DNA of 64,000 bases. Source: a virus. Its lineage: Duplodnaviria; Caudoviricetes. This document shows, in pieces, positions 41,173 through 52,122 of the stretch (position 1 is the first letter of the stretch; each line of letters starts with the position of its first letter). The notes beneath the pieces were generated by a model. The model worked only from the letters and a program-made list of their open reading frames with translations, was not told the DNA's origin and ran no database searches. Made by a program: the position numbers and the translations under genes. The DNA is taken from positions 1-64,000 of IMG/VR virus record IMGVR_UViG_3300029288_000067. One strand, written 5' to 3'.

Positions 41173-42052
41173 GTAAAGCCCCTTTCTGGTATTCTAAAAA
41201 CTTAAAATAAAAATCTTTGTAGTTCTGTCGTAAAAACAACTGGAAATTTAGATTTTGTTGCATGTGGGTCTTTGTCTCAACACAACTCACAAGGGTCTCA
41301 AGATACTTGTGGTACTTTTTGTAAAAGTTGTGCTCTGAAATCTGCTTTGGATTCTTTGGGTCAAACTTTTGCATCTTCTCGAACACCCTGTTTCGCACTC
41401 TCTTCGCCCACTCCAAAAAAGAACCTTGAGGTTTTGGTGCCTCTTTTTGCTCAAAGGATGCACAAAACTCCTGTGCTTTGTTTGTATCCTGCTTATCTTG
41501 TACAAATTTGAGAAATAGATGCTGAGAGTCTTTTGTTCGAGATTGATTATAACACTCCTTTTCCAAAAAAGGATACTTTGTGGCAATCAAACTCAGCACC
41601 CGGGCAAAGAGATATTTTTTAACAGACCATGGAGCCTCTTTATTGCAAAATTTCTCAAGAATTTTATCGTAACTACTTTGTTCATGTCGCAGGTAATTGA
41701 TGATGATGTGTAAAATACCAATAGGATCTAACGCTTTTTCTGGGCTTATTTTATGGGCAATATCTCTCAACTGTTCCGGAGTATATTGTCCATACAACTT
41801 CAAAGATTTTCGAATAAGCCCCAAACAATCCTGGTGCTGTTGCTTGTGTTCCCGAGTCTCGTAGAATTTTCCTTTTTTTATTGTCAGGAACAAGAGCCGA
41901 ACATCAGTATTCTTTTCAATATTTTCTACTTTTTTGGCTTCCCAACAAGGTCTTTCACCATCCATTATATCGGGCTCTTTTAAATACTGTGTAATCCAAT
42001 CCAACTTCCATCCCCGACGATACAACTGTTTATTGTTGTAATACCGTATCAT
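41165..42052 (-). CDS. hypothetical protein
   Basis: 295-aa ORF. Confidence 0.6.
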   Translation of the reverse strand: MIRYYNNKQLYRRGWKLDWITQYLKEPDIMDGERPCWEAKKVENIEKNTDVRLLFLTIKKGKFYETREHKQQHQDCLGLIRKSLKLYGQYTPEQLRDIAHKISPEKALDPIGILHIIINYLRHEQSSYDKILEKFCNKEAPWSVKKYLFARVLSLIATKYPFLEKECYNQSRTKDSQHLFLKFVQDKQDTNKAQEFCASFEQKEAPKPQGSFLEWAKRVRNRVFEKMQKFDPKNPKQISEHNFYKKYHKYLETLVSCVETKTHMQQNLNFQLFLRQNYKDFYFKFLEYQKGALHE

Positions 42053-42923
42053 CTCCCCCTCCGTATCTTAAGTATTTTAGAAATGCTAACAAAACATTTC
42101 TATTTATAGATATAACAAAGCTTGCCGATTGCCTCATTAAGTTCTGGTTTTAGAGATTGGATGATCATAGTCTCTACGCCACAACTATTTGCAACTAAAA
42201 TTACAATATCATACTCGGAGTAATTAGAAAAGGAGGTTCTGTCCTGCAGGAAGTTGAAAACATCCCTTCGAAGTAATGCAAAAGTCTCCATGTTATAGAA
42301 CATGCAATTATACTTTTTAACAATCTCCAATAAGCCATAAGAAAGAGCATTTGGAGTTGTTGGGGGAATGGTGGCGGGCTCCCGGACAGTAACTTTAGGA
42401 GCTTGCGCCGGAGGAGGACTCTCTGGGCGAGGGTGTTTTGTTTGGAGGTCACAGTGTCTACGGTCAATATATGTGCAGATTGTTGGGAAAATCCAACCCT
42501 GTTTTTTATGGTGTTTGCAGATTCCCGGGTAGTTGAAATGTATACAATTTATATTGAGGTTCATTTTTTACAGTATCCTTTTTTCAAGGGATTCTTAACA
42601 CCCTTGGGAAATGTTGTGCCCTTCAATTTCTTTTCTGCAATTTTGAAGATCTCTCCGTTGGGATTAAAAATACTGCAATCGATATCATCAAATAACTTCC
42701 TATGCATTCTTCCTATCTTGTCTTCATGTTGTTTTAGGTTGTGTGCTGCCATTTTTTCTGCAAGAACAAATCGATCATACTCTTGGTCAAGAGCATCCAT
42801 GATCTCTGCATCAATACCTATTTTGTGCAAATCCACAAGCCAATCGGGGTGGTCTATTAAATATTTAATCCAATGTGTGTATCCATTGGGAGGTTGCGGC
42901 ATTTATATATCCTTTCAGCAGAT

Positions 42924-43032
42924 AAAACAAAGAGCCTGCAACGTCACGATTACCGTCTTCCAACGGGCATCAGATTCAACCTTTCGGTATCAGTCTACGT
43001 GATCCCAGAATAGCATGGCAGGCTCTTGTTTT
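42924..43032 (-). ncRNA. candidate structured ncRNA downstream of tRNA-Arg
   Basis: Closing helix AAGAGCCTGC/GCAGGCTCTT, inner TCACG/CGTGA, ACC-GAAA-GGT and CCGT/ACGG hairpins. Confidence 0.45.
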
Positions 43033-43045
43033 TCAAATTGCAGAG

Positions 43046-43117
43046 TAGCGGTAAGAGGAATTGAACCCCTATAGCTGGTTTCGAAGACCAGTTCTCTATC
43101 CGTTGAGATATACCGCT
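43046..43117 (-). tRNA. tRNA-Arg(UCG)
   Basis: Cloverleaf; anticodon arm CTGGT-CTTCGAA-ACCAG. Confidence 0.9.
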
Positions 43118-43125
43118 ATATTCAT

Positions 43126-43197
43126 TGTGCCTAGCAGGAATTGAACCCACATCAGAGGATTAGAAGCCCTCTGCTCTATCCGTTGAGCTATAGGCAC
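43126..43197 (-). tRNA. tRNA-Arg(UCU)
   Basis: Cloverleaf; GAGGG-CTTCTAA-TCCTC. Confidence 0.9.
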
Positions 43198-43208
43198 ATA
43201 ACCTCTGT

Positions 43209-43237
43209 ATATTATCAGATACCCTTGACCATGTCAA
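43209..43237 (-). promoter_or_regulatory. sigma70-type promoter for the tRNA-Arg pair
   Basis: TTGACA-17-TAATAT. Confidence 0.75.
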
Positions 43238-43573
43238 CAAATTCGCATTTGTCTTTTGTAAGACAAATGGATAGTGAGATATATTCCAGTGGAATACTCG
43301 GTTTTATGTTGGCGGATATTAACATTCTCGTTAAATCTTCAAAATAAATGACGGCATGGTAGCAATCCACATATTCCCCAGCATCCATGTCATATTTCTC
43401 GGTCTCGATTTTAAAAGGAAAAACATCGTGATACCACTTGGGTGTTAAGTCAAATGTTTTGAAAATTCCCGGAAGAAATTGATGTAACTTTTGATATACT
43501 TTCGCCAATTTTCTCTTTTTAATATCCGGATACAAAACTCTCCACGAGGCTCTTTCACAAGATGAAATAAAAT

Positions 43574-44320
43574 TCATAAATTACCCTTCTCTTGTTCTAC
43601 TTGGGAGATCCATTTTACAGCACGTTCACATTTTTTGGGGTCAATTTCAATTCCGTAAAAATTTCGATTAAGATTTATTGCTGCAACTCCTGTGGATCCG
43701 CTTCCCATTGCAAAATCTAAGACAGAATCCCCTTCTTCGGTGTAAGTCTTTATCAAGTATTCCAACAAAGCAATTGGTTTTTGTGTTGAATGTTGGTTGT
43801 TTTTCTGTTTGTCCGTTTTAAAAGTAATAACACTACGAGGGTACCTTTCAGTAGAATTATAGGATGTTACCCCCTTCTGTGTCCCGTACAATTCGGAGGA
43901 GTTAATGCTTCGGTCATTCTTTGCCGTTTTTCTTGGGTGACCTTGTGTTTTCTGAGGGAAATATTTGGGCTGTTTCTTGTAAAAGACACAGATAACCTCA
44001 TGGGCAGAAAGGGGTCTCTTCTTAGCATTTAAATGCCCTTTTGCCTCGGTCTTTTCATAAATCCAATCATACCGGTAATCCCTCCAATTACTGAGACGAA
44101 GGGAACTGGCAAAGGGTTCCACCCCGAAAATACAACATGCACCGGAAGGTTTCAATATTCGATTCAATTCATCCCACATAGGCTTGAAGGGTATCACTTC
44201 ATCCCAAGGGGCATTTGTTATTCCGAAAGGCGGGTCACAAAGAATAAAATCGATGTGATTACTGGGGATACATGCCAAGATTTTTAAACAATCCCCGCAA
44301 GATAAAGAGGCTCTGCTCAT
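43574..44320 (-). CDS. N6-adenine/N4-cytosine DNA methyltransferase (beta class)
   Basis: CDPPFG, HSTQKPIAL, VLDFAMGSGSTG. Confidence 0.9.
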   Translation of the reverse strand: MSRASLSCGDCLKILACIPSNHIDFILCDPPFGITNAPWDEVIPFKPMWDELNRILKPSGACCIFGVEPFASSLRLSNWRDYRYDWIYEKTEAKGHLNAKKRPLSAHEVICVFYKKQPKYFPQKTQGHPRKTAKNDRSINSSELYGTQKGVTSYNSTERYPRSVITFKTDKQKNNQHSTQKPIALLEYLIKTYTEEGDSVLDFAMGSGSTGVAAINLNRNFYGIEIDPKKCERAVKWISQVEQEKGNL

Positions 44321-44523
44321 TTTATTTCCAGTTTGTCCAAGGCTTCTTTAAGAGCTTTCCCGGAAACAAAAGAGCATTTATTGCAAACGAAAAGGATATC
44401 CCCATTAGGTTGTTCCTCTTCCTTGATTATCCCCCCGCAGAAACAAATTTCATCGTCTTCATCATATACAACTGAAATCTCGATTCCATATCTTTCCATA
44501 TTATTCCTTTCCGGTATAGAAAA

Positions 44524-44596
44524 AGCTACCCGGGGGACTCGAACCCCCAACCTGTTGATTACAAATCAACTGCTCTACCAGTTGAGCTAGGGTAGC
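44524..44596 (-). tRNA. tRNA-Thr(UGU)
   Basis: Cloverleaf; GTTGA-TTTGTAA-TCAAC. Confidence 0.92.
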
Positions 44597-44629
44597 ATTC
44601 TTCCATCCTACAACAAAGCTTGCATTATT

Positions 44630-44953
44630 TCAAGTAGTTTTTAAAAACTCTACCTTGTCTGCGACGACATAGGAGATTTTAAGAATTTGCCCACTTACTT
44701 CTTTTTCCCAGACCTGCAAATGTCCTTCCACAAGCACAGGGGATCCCTTCTTCAACATCTTTTTACAGACATCCCCTTGTGTTCCAAAAACAGATACTGG
44801 GAAAAAGGAAGCTCTGTTCGTATCCTGCCCTTTGTTCGGTCCCTTGTCCACAGCCAATTCGAGGGAAACAAAATTTGTTCCACCATTTGTACTTTTTGTC
44901 TCGGGATCTTTTGCAAGATTCCCCAACAGATATACTTTATTCAATGTTGCCAC
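44630..44953 (-). CDS. ssb: single-stranded DNA-binding protein (OB fold, no acidic tail)
   Basis: LNKVYLLGNLAKDPE...LKKGSPVLVEGHL. Confidence 0.88.
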   Translation of the reverse strand: MATLNKVYLLGNLAKDPETKSTNGGTNFVSLELAVDKGPNKGQDTNRASFFPVSVFGTQGDVCKKMLKKGSPVLVEGHLQVWEKEVSGQILKISYVVADKVEFLKTT

Positions 44954-44954
44954 G

Positions 44955-46262
44955 TCACGACTCCTTTTTCAAAATAGGGTGCTTCTGGATTACTTTCGAG
45001 AGAGCCCATAGATCAGCAATCCCAAAGGAGGTCTGCAAATCTTTTACGAAGGCTTCAAAAATTAAATATTCCTCGGTGGTTGTTTTTCGAAGTTCTTCAC
45101 ACTCTTTTGTTTTTTGATTCAATACCTTTGACATATTGAGGAGGTCCACTTGAAATTGTCTATTTGCGCTCCGGAGTTGTTCATTTTCAACATTAAAACG
45201 ATTTCGGATTGAGGTATTTTCACACCTAAAATTATCTCGTTCACGGGTCATTTCTTGTAGGTTTTCATCCTGTTTGATGGCAGAAGCGAGAGCCTTATTG
45301 TAGTCTTTCTGTAATGCATTAATTTTTTTTCTCATCTCTGAAAGCTGCAATGCATGGTCCTTGTGTAGTTCCTGCACCTTTTCTTGGAGACGAGTTGCCT
45401 CTTGCATAGCATCCGCACTTGTCCTTGGGAGATTTACATCCTTCTGTGGAAGAATGGGCTGTACCGGTAGTTTCTCTGCCTGTGTTGGATTACTGCCAGG
45501 ATATTTACGAGCATCATGTTCCACAAGATATTTGTTCCACAATACAGACCATTTCATGCTCCCCGACAAAGGATAACCCCAGTTTGTGGCAACATAATGA
45601 ATAAAGCAACAAATCATTTCCGCAGATTTTTCATTTTGTGGGCGAATAAAGTTCTTAACATCCCGCTTTAATGTCTGTAAGACATGCCGATAGACCCCCA
45701 CATTAATTCCATGTTTCGTAAGAATATTGCAGAGATTTTCAACTCTTGTCCTTTTTTGCAGAGGCTTCAACATATCTGCTGTGATAGCAAGACTACTATC
45801 TTCTGCAATAAACTTCCTCCACAGACTCATAGAGTTTTTATCTTTTGCGGCAATTCCCGGAAATTTATGATTTCGCCAAACAATAAATCGTGCCAATCTT
45901 TCCCAGTCCTGTGGGGTTCTTGTTCGAGGAATTAAACGATCTGCCGTTTGTGCCAAAGTAGTTGGGAATAAATTGTATTGAGTCGCAATTCTCTTAATAA
46001 CGTTCATATTCGCCCCCGTATTTTTTTCGTATGCTTCAGCAACAATTGCCAGTTTGTTTGAGGGGAATAAGGCATTCGGGACTTCTTTTTGATATTGTTC
46101 AATAAGTTCCCGGGCACTCCTCCCCTTCATATTGGGGTCCTTGTCCAGAGTCCATTGAACAAATTGTTTAAAAAACCCAATGGTTTGCTTTGTGAGTTTG
46201 ACTCCCGGAAAAACAATTTTTTTCAAAGAATCATAACGACTTTTGAAACTTGTCTTATGCAT
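44955..46262 (-). CDS. hypothetical protein with a C-terminal coiled coil
   Basis: 435-aa ORF. Confidence 0.6.
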   Translation of the reverse strand: MHKTSFKSRYDSLKKIVFPGVKLTKQTIGFFKQFVQWTLDKDPNMKGRSARELIEQYQKEVPNALFPSNKLAIVAEAYEKNTGANMNVIKRIATQYNLFPTTLAQTADRLIPRTRTPQDWERLARFIVWRNHKFPGIAAKDKNSMSLWRKFIAEDSSLAITADMLKPLQKRTRVENLCNILTKHGINVGVYRHVLQTLKRDVKNFIRPQNEKSAEMICCFIHYVATNWGYPLSGSMKWSVLWNKYLVEHDARKYPGSNPTQAEKLPVQPILPQKDVNLPRTSADAMQEATRLQEKVQELHKDHALQLSEMRKKINALQKDYNKALASAIKQDENLQEMTRERDNFRCENTSIRNRFNVENEQLRSANRQFQVDLLNMSKVLNQKTKECEELRKTTTEEYLIFEAFVKDLQTSFGIADLWALSKVIQKHPILKKES

Positions 46263-46293
46263 GTTTCCATCCTTCTATATGTGTTGTGGACAA

Positions 46294-46366
46294 TAGCGGG
46301 TATTGGATTTGAACCAATGATCTTTCGGGTATGAACCGACTGCTCTACCAACTGAGCTAACCCGCC
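46294..46366 (-). tRNA. tRNA-Met(CAU), elongator type
   Basis: GGCGG.. acceptor, loop TTCATAC; TTGACA-17-TATTCT promoter at 46378-46406. Confidence 0.85.
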
Positions 46367-48217
46367 AGCGTTTACATAGAATATCAACTTTTTTGTTCTT
46401 TGTCAACACTTTCCTTGGCATTTAAGACCAATTTGAAGATATCTCGCTGTATTGTTATGTAAAGATCTCGCAGCGTTTTTTCTTTTTCCAGTCTTTCGGT
46501 GTGTTGTTTTCTGAATTCCTCTGCTTTTTCCGGAGGCATATCCTGTATTACGATCTCCAACAATTCTTTGGCTACTGTTACTTGTTGTTCATAGGTTTGT
46601 AGAAAATTTTCTTTTTCTTTTTCTGGGTTTGGGCTTCGTAAAAATTCCCGGACAAGCAAATAAGAAATTGCTTGTGTTTCAAAACTATCTCTAACCTTCT
46701 CAAAAAGGATGGTGTCCTTATCTTCTTTATCCAATTCAAACAAATCTTTCATTTCTATCTTCTCCTGTCTGTAATTTACCACCAAAGGCCCAACCAATTA
46801 TCCCCCAACTTTTTGAGCCCCTTCTTCACTTTCTTTACTTTTTCTTCAACCATAACCTCATCGTTTGCAATCAACTCCAAAGCAACAATGATATCTTTTA
46901 CATCTTTGATATGTTCTTTATTTTCCCCTTGAAAAGTTACAATCCTAAGATACTCCTTTACCCGGGGTAAAGCAAACCGTGCAAGGGTTGTTCGTAAATC
47001 CCATGTCTCGGACTCATCAAACCCCCTCTCCAAGCGTTCCTTCTTGAACCTATCTGCCCGGTCATCCTTCGGGTTGAAGATTGAAAAATTAACATTGGGG
47101 ATACCATAAGGATCAATTCTTTTTTTCATCTATCTTCTCCGCTTGATTTTCCAACCACAATTCATTTTGTAGTAATTTTGACAACAGATTAATTTCTATC
47201 CCGGATTCATTTATCTGACCCAACACAAATGCAGCGGTCATGTAATCCTTCTGATCAATTCTTCGGGCAATCTCATCAATGTTGGTTTTCATCTGAAGGG
47301 TTAAGGTAGAAAGACTTGTAATATGACCCATTATTCTATTCATAATCTATTCCCCAAACTTTTTCTTCAATCTTTGGTATGTTTTCTTTTCAAGTGCAAG
47401 ATTGTAATCCTTCTTCTTTTTCTCGGAGATTTCCATTTCTTTAACTTTTTTTGCAATGCTTTTATCGAGTTCTTTTTTCCATTCATGTTCGGGCATCCCC
47501 AACAACTTTGACGGAAAAGAGATATCAAGCATTAACTCACCATCAGATTTGTCTTCAAAAAAAACACTAACATGGTCTTCCGTGAAAGAATACAATAAAT
47601 TATTGTCGATGTAACTTCTTGAGTGATAAAGATAAGATAATTGTGCTTTTTCTCCTTCTTTCAGATAATACAAAACAATTGATTCTGCAATTGCTTTCAA
47701 TTCATTTTCAATCTTCTGTGCTTCTTGTAGTTTTTGGAGATACTCCACAATTTTTTGCATATTCGTCAATTTCCTCCTGTGTTATTTCAGCATAACTGTC
47801 TTGTCTTTTGAAATATTGAAGGTCGAAGCATTTCTTTGCACAACTACCCTCGTATTGAACTGGGTTACTGCATAGGGTATAAACCGAGATTCTTCCCCCG
47901 CAAAGAGGGCATCTAAGATTGAAGTGATTCAAGGGTAAACCTGCACAATTTTCAAATCCCCGGAATCCAAGAGTTGTTGAATGATTTGAGAAATATCTGC
48001 GGATGATAAATATTCTCGCTCTTTCCCCCGGCAGTATTGGAGTTCAAAAATAGAGGAAATATGATGGTGTAGTGCAGTTCTTGCATGTCCGGCCTTATTC
48101 CACTTCGATTTGCCTGAATAAAGCTTTAAAACATGCCCTTTCCTATCCTGTAACACCCAGATCTCAATTGGCTTAATTACCGGGAAACAAACCTGCAAAG
48201 AGTTCAGTACATCAGCT

Positions 48218-48808
48218 TTATTCATTCAAAAAAGGCTCCACTTTGCTGAAAAATTGTTTGAGTAGCATCAACTTCCCTGGAGTACTATCAAGAATAGTCT
48301 CTTTCTCGCTCACACGGAATGTATCCTGCAAATCAATTATTTGTGCTATTTTTTCCTCGGGGATATTTCGGAACTCTTTCAGCCGTTGCATTCTTACTTC
48401 CCGGGTGCAGAATACATAAATGATATTGTCACAGACTTCATCCAGCCCAAGAGTGTAGAGGAGGGGACATTCAATAAAGACAACATTTTCATTCTTCCCC
48501 AATTTCTTTGCTGCTTCAAGAACCCGGAGAGATCGGGAGACAAGCAGTGGGTTAATAAGCTTCATCAATTGGGATAGTTTCTCGGGGGATGCAAAAATAA
48601 TATCACTGACAGCCCTCCGGTCCACTTGCCCATTTTTCAAGGGAAGATGCCCGAGAACCTGTTGAAGGATCTCTCGCCCTCTTGGGGTGTTTATTACTCT
48701 GTGGTTTACCTTATCAACATCCATAACCACAAAGCCCATTTCTCGAATCATTTTTCCGAGAAAAGATTTCCCGGAAGCAATTTTACCGGCAATCCCAATT
48801 ATTTTCAT
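48218..48808 (-). CDS. coaE: dephospho-CoA kinase
   Basis: IIGIAGKIASGKS, DVD, VDRRAVSDIIF, ECPLL. Confidence 0.85.
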   Translation of the reverse strand: MKIIGIAGKIASGKSFLGKMIREMGFVVMDVDKVNHRVINTPRGREILQQVLGHLPLKNGQVDRRAVSDIIFASPEKLSQLMKLINPLLVSRSLRVLEAAKKLGKNENVVFIECPLLYTLGLDEVCDNIIYVFCTREVRMQRLKEFRNIPEEKIAQIIDLQDTFRVSEKETILDSTPGKLMLLKQFFSKVEPFLNE

Positions 48809-50950
48809 ACTGTTCCTATTTTATGGGTGCAGTTTAAAAAAGGACTCTGTGAGGTTATGTACAAGATCTTTCATTACATCGGCGGTAAAACAATTGTACC
48901 CAAGAGTGCTTTCAATTGTGTCTTGTATTTCTTTTGCAATAACCCCTCTTCGATCTCTTGTTGAGATAAATACCTGCAAGGCATTCGAGATTACATGGGC
49001 ATATGCATAATCTTCTCTTTTGAGAGCATCTTGAATTTGTTCACAAAGAATAATGGGATATGCCTTACTCTCATTACTCTCTTTTGGGGGTTTGACTTTT
49101 GGCATGGGGATATTAAGGATATTGGGGGAGACTCCAGGTAAACTTTTGGTATCCATTATTTACTTTCCTTCAAATTCTCTTTCAGCAATGCCCACCATGT
49201 ATTGGTTTCTGCACAAATCTCTTCTTGCCTTTTAAGCTCTGCAATTGCTTTTGAAAGTTCTTCTCGAACAGTGTCTTGTTTTTTTCCGATGAGCCGAATA
49301 ACAACGTCAAGGCATACTTTTTTCCACGGGGTTAATTTTGCAGGAACTTCCCAAGGGAGACTATTCCACTTCAACCCAATCTGGAGTTGATTCAATGCAA
49401 ACTCTTTCAGATTCGTATATTTATTGAAGCACCTCCAAGCTTTTACCTTTTGGATCATCTTCTCATATTTTTCTTTTGTCTTTTTGGTCTCTCTGTTATG
49501 CCGAATAACCGCCGCATATTGTTCTTCCCGCTCTTTTGCAAATTCCTCATAAAGAACTTTGATAGGTGTTGTTGTCAATCGTTTGAGTTCTTTTTGAAGA
49601 TCCAACACTTTTTTCTTAAAGTGTGTATCAACAAAAGCTTTCTTTAAATGGGCATTGTCCATACTCCGAGAACGAGGGTCAAAGGCAGTTGCCATTTCCA
49701 ACATCATCGTTTTGAAATCAAACTTCAAATTTTCGGGATCTACGAACATATTGTTCTTCTCCTGTATGTGGATATCTTGGAGGGATTTTACAAAAGTAAT
49801 GTATCACTCCCCAGTCTTTTTGTCAAATTTATCTATCCGGGATATTAATTCTCGGGCTTCCTGTGAAGTCAACCCAAGAAATTCTTCTGTGTCTTTCGGG
49901 GGATTATCACAAGGATGGTCACAACAAAAGAGGGCATTTGTTGTGGGGTTTAAATACAATTTTTCTGCATGTTGTTGAAGACAGGCAAAAGCAACTGCGG
50001 CAACTTGTAAAACCTCGTGTATACCGGAGTCTCTTCCAATTTTATTTTTAAGCCAACCCAATTTGGCTTCCTTTATTTCTTCCTCCAAAACCAACAAAAA
50101 TCCTTCAAAGGGTTGATCTTTGTCTTCTAATGTCCCATATTTCTTTGTTTGATATTCTCGCTCTTGTTGAATTAATTCAATTACCTGTTGTTCGGAAAGC
50201 ATCAAATTCTCCTATTTACTTTGGGGAATACTCGGACATGCCAACACACTCTTTACATTTAAGGGTTAAAAAAATGTTCTGACTGAATGCACAATCCTCA
50301 CAACGTCTATATGTTCGAAATCCCACAGGTTCACATTTTATGGTCTCGTAGATTTGAGAACAAGTTGAGGGCTCATCGAAAGCAAGATGGGGTTCTCGAT
50401 GCTTGCACTTTTCACAAATACATCTTTTTGCCCGATTGCATACATACAAAATTCCAACAATTTCCTCGGGGGTTGGTAAAGGACTCATGATTTTTTCTCC
50501 AATCCTGGAATCAATTTGGAGGAAATCATACTGGAAACAGTTGTGTGTGTTGGGTTCTTTTCCGCGTATTCCTCGAAATATGTACTTGCTTTTTCGAGGG
50601 CACTTGTTGAATCTGTGGCCCACACCCAAATTTTTACGTATCGATATGCTTCATCAGAAAAAGCATAATCTTTTGCGGGGGGCATAGGGGATTCTCTTGT
50701 TACTGAAAGACCCTCCCTCACAAAGTCATAGTGAACACAGTAATATGTAAGTTTCGAATAGTCCTGTGTCACAGCATTTATTTTAACTTTCCACGTACGG
50801 GCTCGTGGGGTTATGTCTTGCAGTTGTTTGGCTTTTACAGGGTCATCAAGGATAACATCCACAAAATCAAGGTTGTTATCAGATTTGACATAAACAATGT
50901 AAGCATATTCAGGTTGTTTGTTTTTCATATATTCTCCTGTATTTATAAAT

Positions 50951-51065
50951 AGGTGGGGGCGAGAGGGGTGACCTCTTTCTTTTCATATCCGTATATCAAG
51001 CAAGGGTCCGGAACACCTTACCATGAATCCGAAGATTATACGGACGGCAATTCTTTGCAACCCCC
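50951..51065 (-). ncRNA. tRNA/tmRNA-like structured RNA
   Basis: GGGGG 5' end pairs with CGCCCCC-A-CC; AGAGG/CCTCT arm; 9-bp GTCCGTATA/TATACGGAT helix; C(UUCG)G hairpin. Confidence 0.55.
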
Positions 51066-51072
51066 GAAACAA

Positions 51073-51146
51073 AGCACCTGATGGGACTCGAACCCACAAA
51101 ATTCCACACTGGCAATGTGGTGATCTACCAATTGATCCACAGGTGC
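51073..51146 (-). tRNA. tRNA-Gly(GCC)
   Basis: CCACA-TTGCCAG-TGTGG. Confidence 0.9.
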
Positions 51147-51201
51147 AAAAAGCAATGATTTATCGGCCCGAAACTCTTGTAAGAAATCACCGCTTTTTAA
51201 A

Positions 51202-51277
51202 TACACCCGAAAGGACTTGAACCTTCAACCTTTGCCTCCGCAGGGCAACGCTCTAAATCCAGTTGAGCTACGGGTGT
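51202..51277 (-). tRNA. tRNA-Arg(GCG)
   Basis: TTGCC-CTGCGGA-GGCAA. Confidence 0.88.
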
Positions 51278-51292
51278 GTAACTTCTTTCTAT

Positions 51293-51321
51293 ATATTACC
51301 ATTACTCCTTTGTAATTTCAA
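51293..51321 (-). promoter_or_regulatory. sigma70-type promoter for the tRNA cluster
   Basis: TTGAAA-17-TAATAT. Confidence 0.65.
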
Positions 51322-51327
51322 GCTAAA

Positions 51328-52122
51328 TTAAATTTCAGACCAATCTAAGTTAAAGTAGGGATCTTCTCGAAGCTCCTTGGGATCAAAATGATAATACATC
51401 ACCCATTTTCTCACAGCATTATCAGAAACCCCATACTGTTTTCCCATTTTCAAAAACACAAAATTGCAATTCTGGAAAGATTGAATTAGTTCGGGAATTT
51501 GAGGTCGCTTTTTGTCTTTAACGTGCATTTGATAACAGGGTAAACATAATTCATGTTTTGCGGCATTGCTTCTGGGCTCTCCACAGATGGAACAGGGTTT
51601 AATTTTGTTTTTTCCAACTCTCCTATAGATTTCGGAAAGTGGCAATGCTCCTTTATTGTGTTTTCCCGCAAAAGTTTCTAATTGAGAATTACAGTTGGGG
51701 CAAACAAAACGAAGATTTTCTATCCGATTGTCATTGGGAACACCATTGATGTGATCCAAAACAAGCACCAATTTTTTATCGTTATGTGAAGGCAGTTGAC
51801 CACATATGCTACATATTTCTGGAAGAAGATTCTTTTTTAAGATTCTGTTTTTTATCCCTTTTCGAGCATATGATGAATTTTCAACAAATACTTCAGAATC
51901 TGCTTTTAGAATCGCGCCCCCTCTTGGAAGGTTTTTACTTAATAGGATATGCTCAAACGAAATACCTTCTTTTTTTAACCTTGCTTGAAGGGTTTTATAG
52001 TTATTGCCTTTATTTTCCAATCCAAATTTAGCTAGGATCTCTTTGAAATACTTTGAGGTTTTCACCCAATCCTTCAACATTTCCGCAGGAACTTTCCAAA
52101 TTGTAGAAGTATATTTTCTCAT
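51328..52122 (-). CDS. HNH homing endonuclease within the tRNA cluster
   Basis: CSICG..LVLDHING..NDNRIENLRFVCPNCN; C-terminal HTH GVSDNAVRKW. Confidence 0.9.
   Translation of the reverse strand: MRKYTSTIWKVPAEMLKDWVKTSKYFKEILAKFGLENKGNNYKTLQARLKKEGISFEHILLSKNLPRGGAILKADSEVFVENSSYARKGIKNRILKKNLLPEICSICGQLPSHNDKKLVLVLDHINGVPNDNRIENLRFVCPNCNSQLETFAGKHNKGALPLSEIYRRVGKNKIKPCSICGEPRSNAAKHELCLPCYQMHVKDKKRPQIPELIQSFQNCNFVFLKMGKQYGVSDNAVRKWVMYYHFDPKELREDPYFNLDWSEI

Noticed and set aside
42940-43005. Hammerhead ribozyme (CUGA and GAAA words)
   Set aside because: No CUGANGA...GAAA core in the required arrangement
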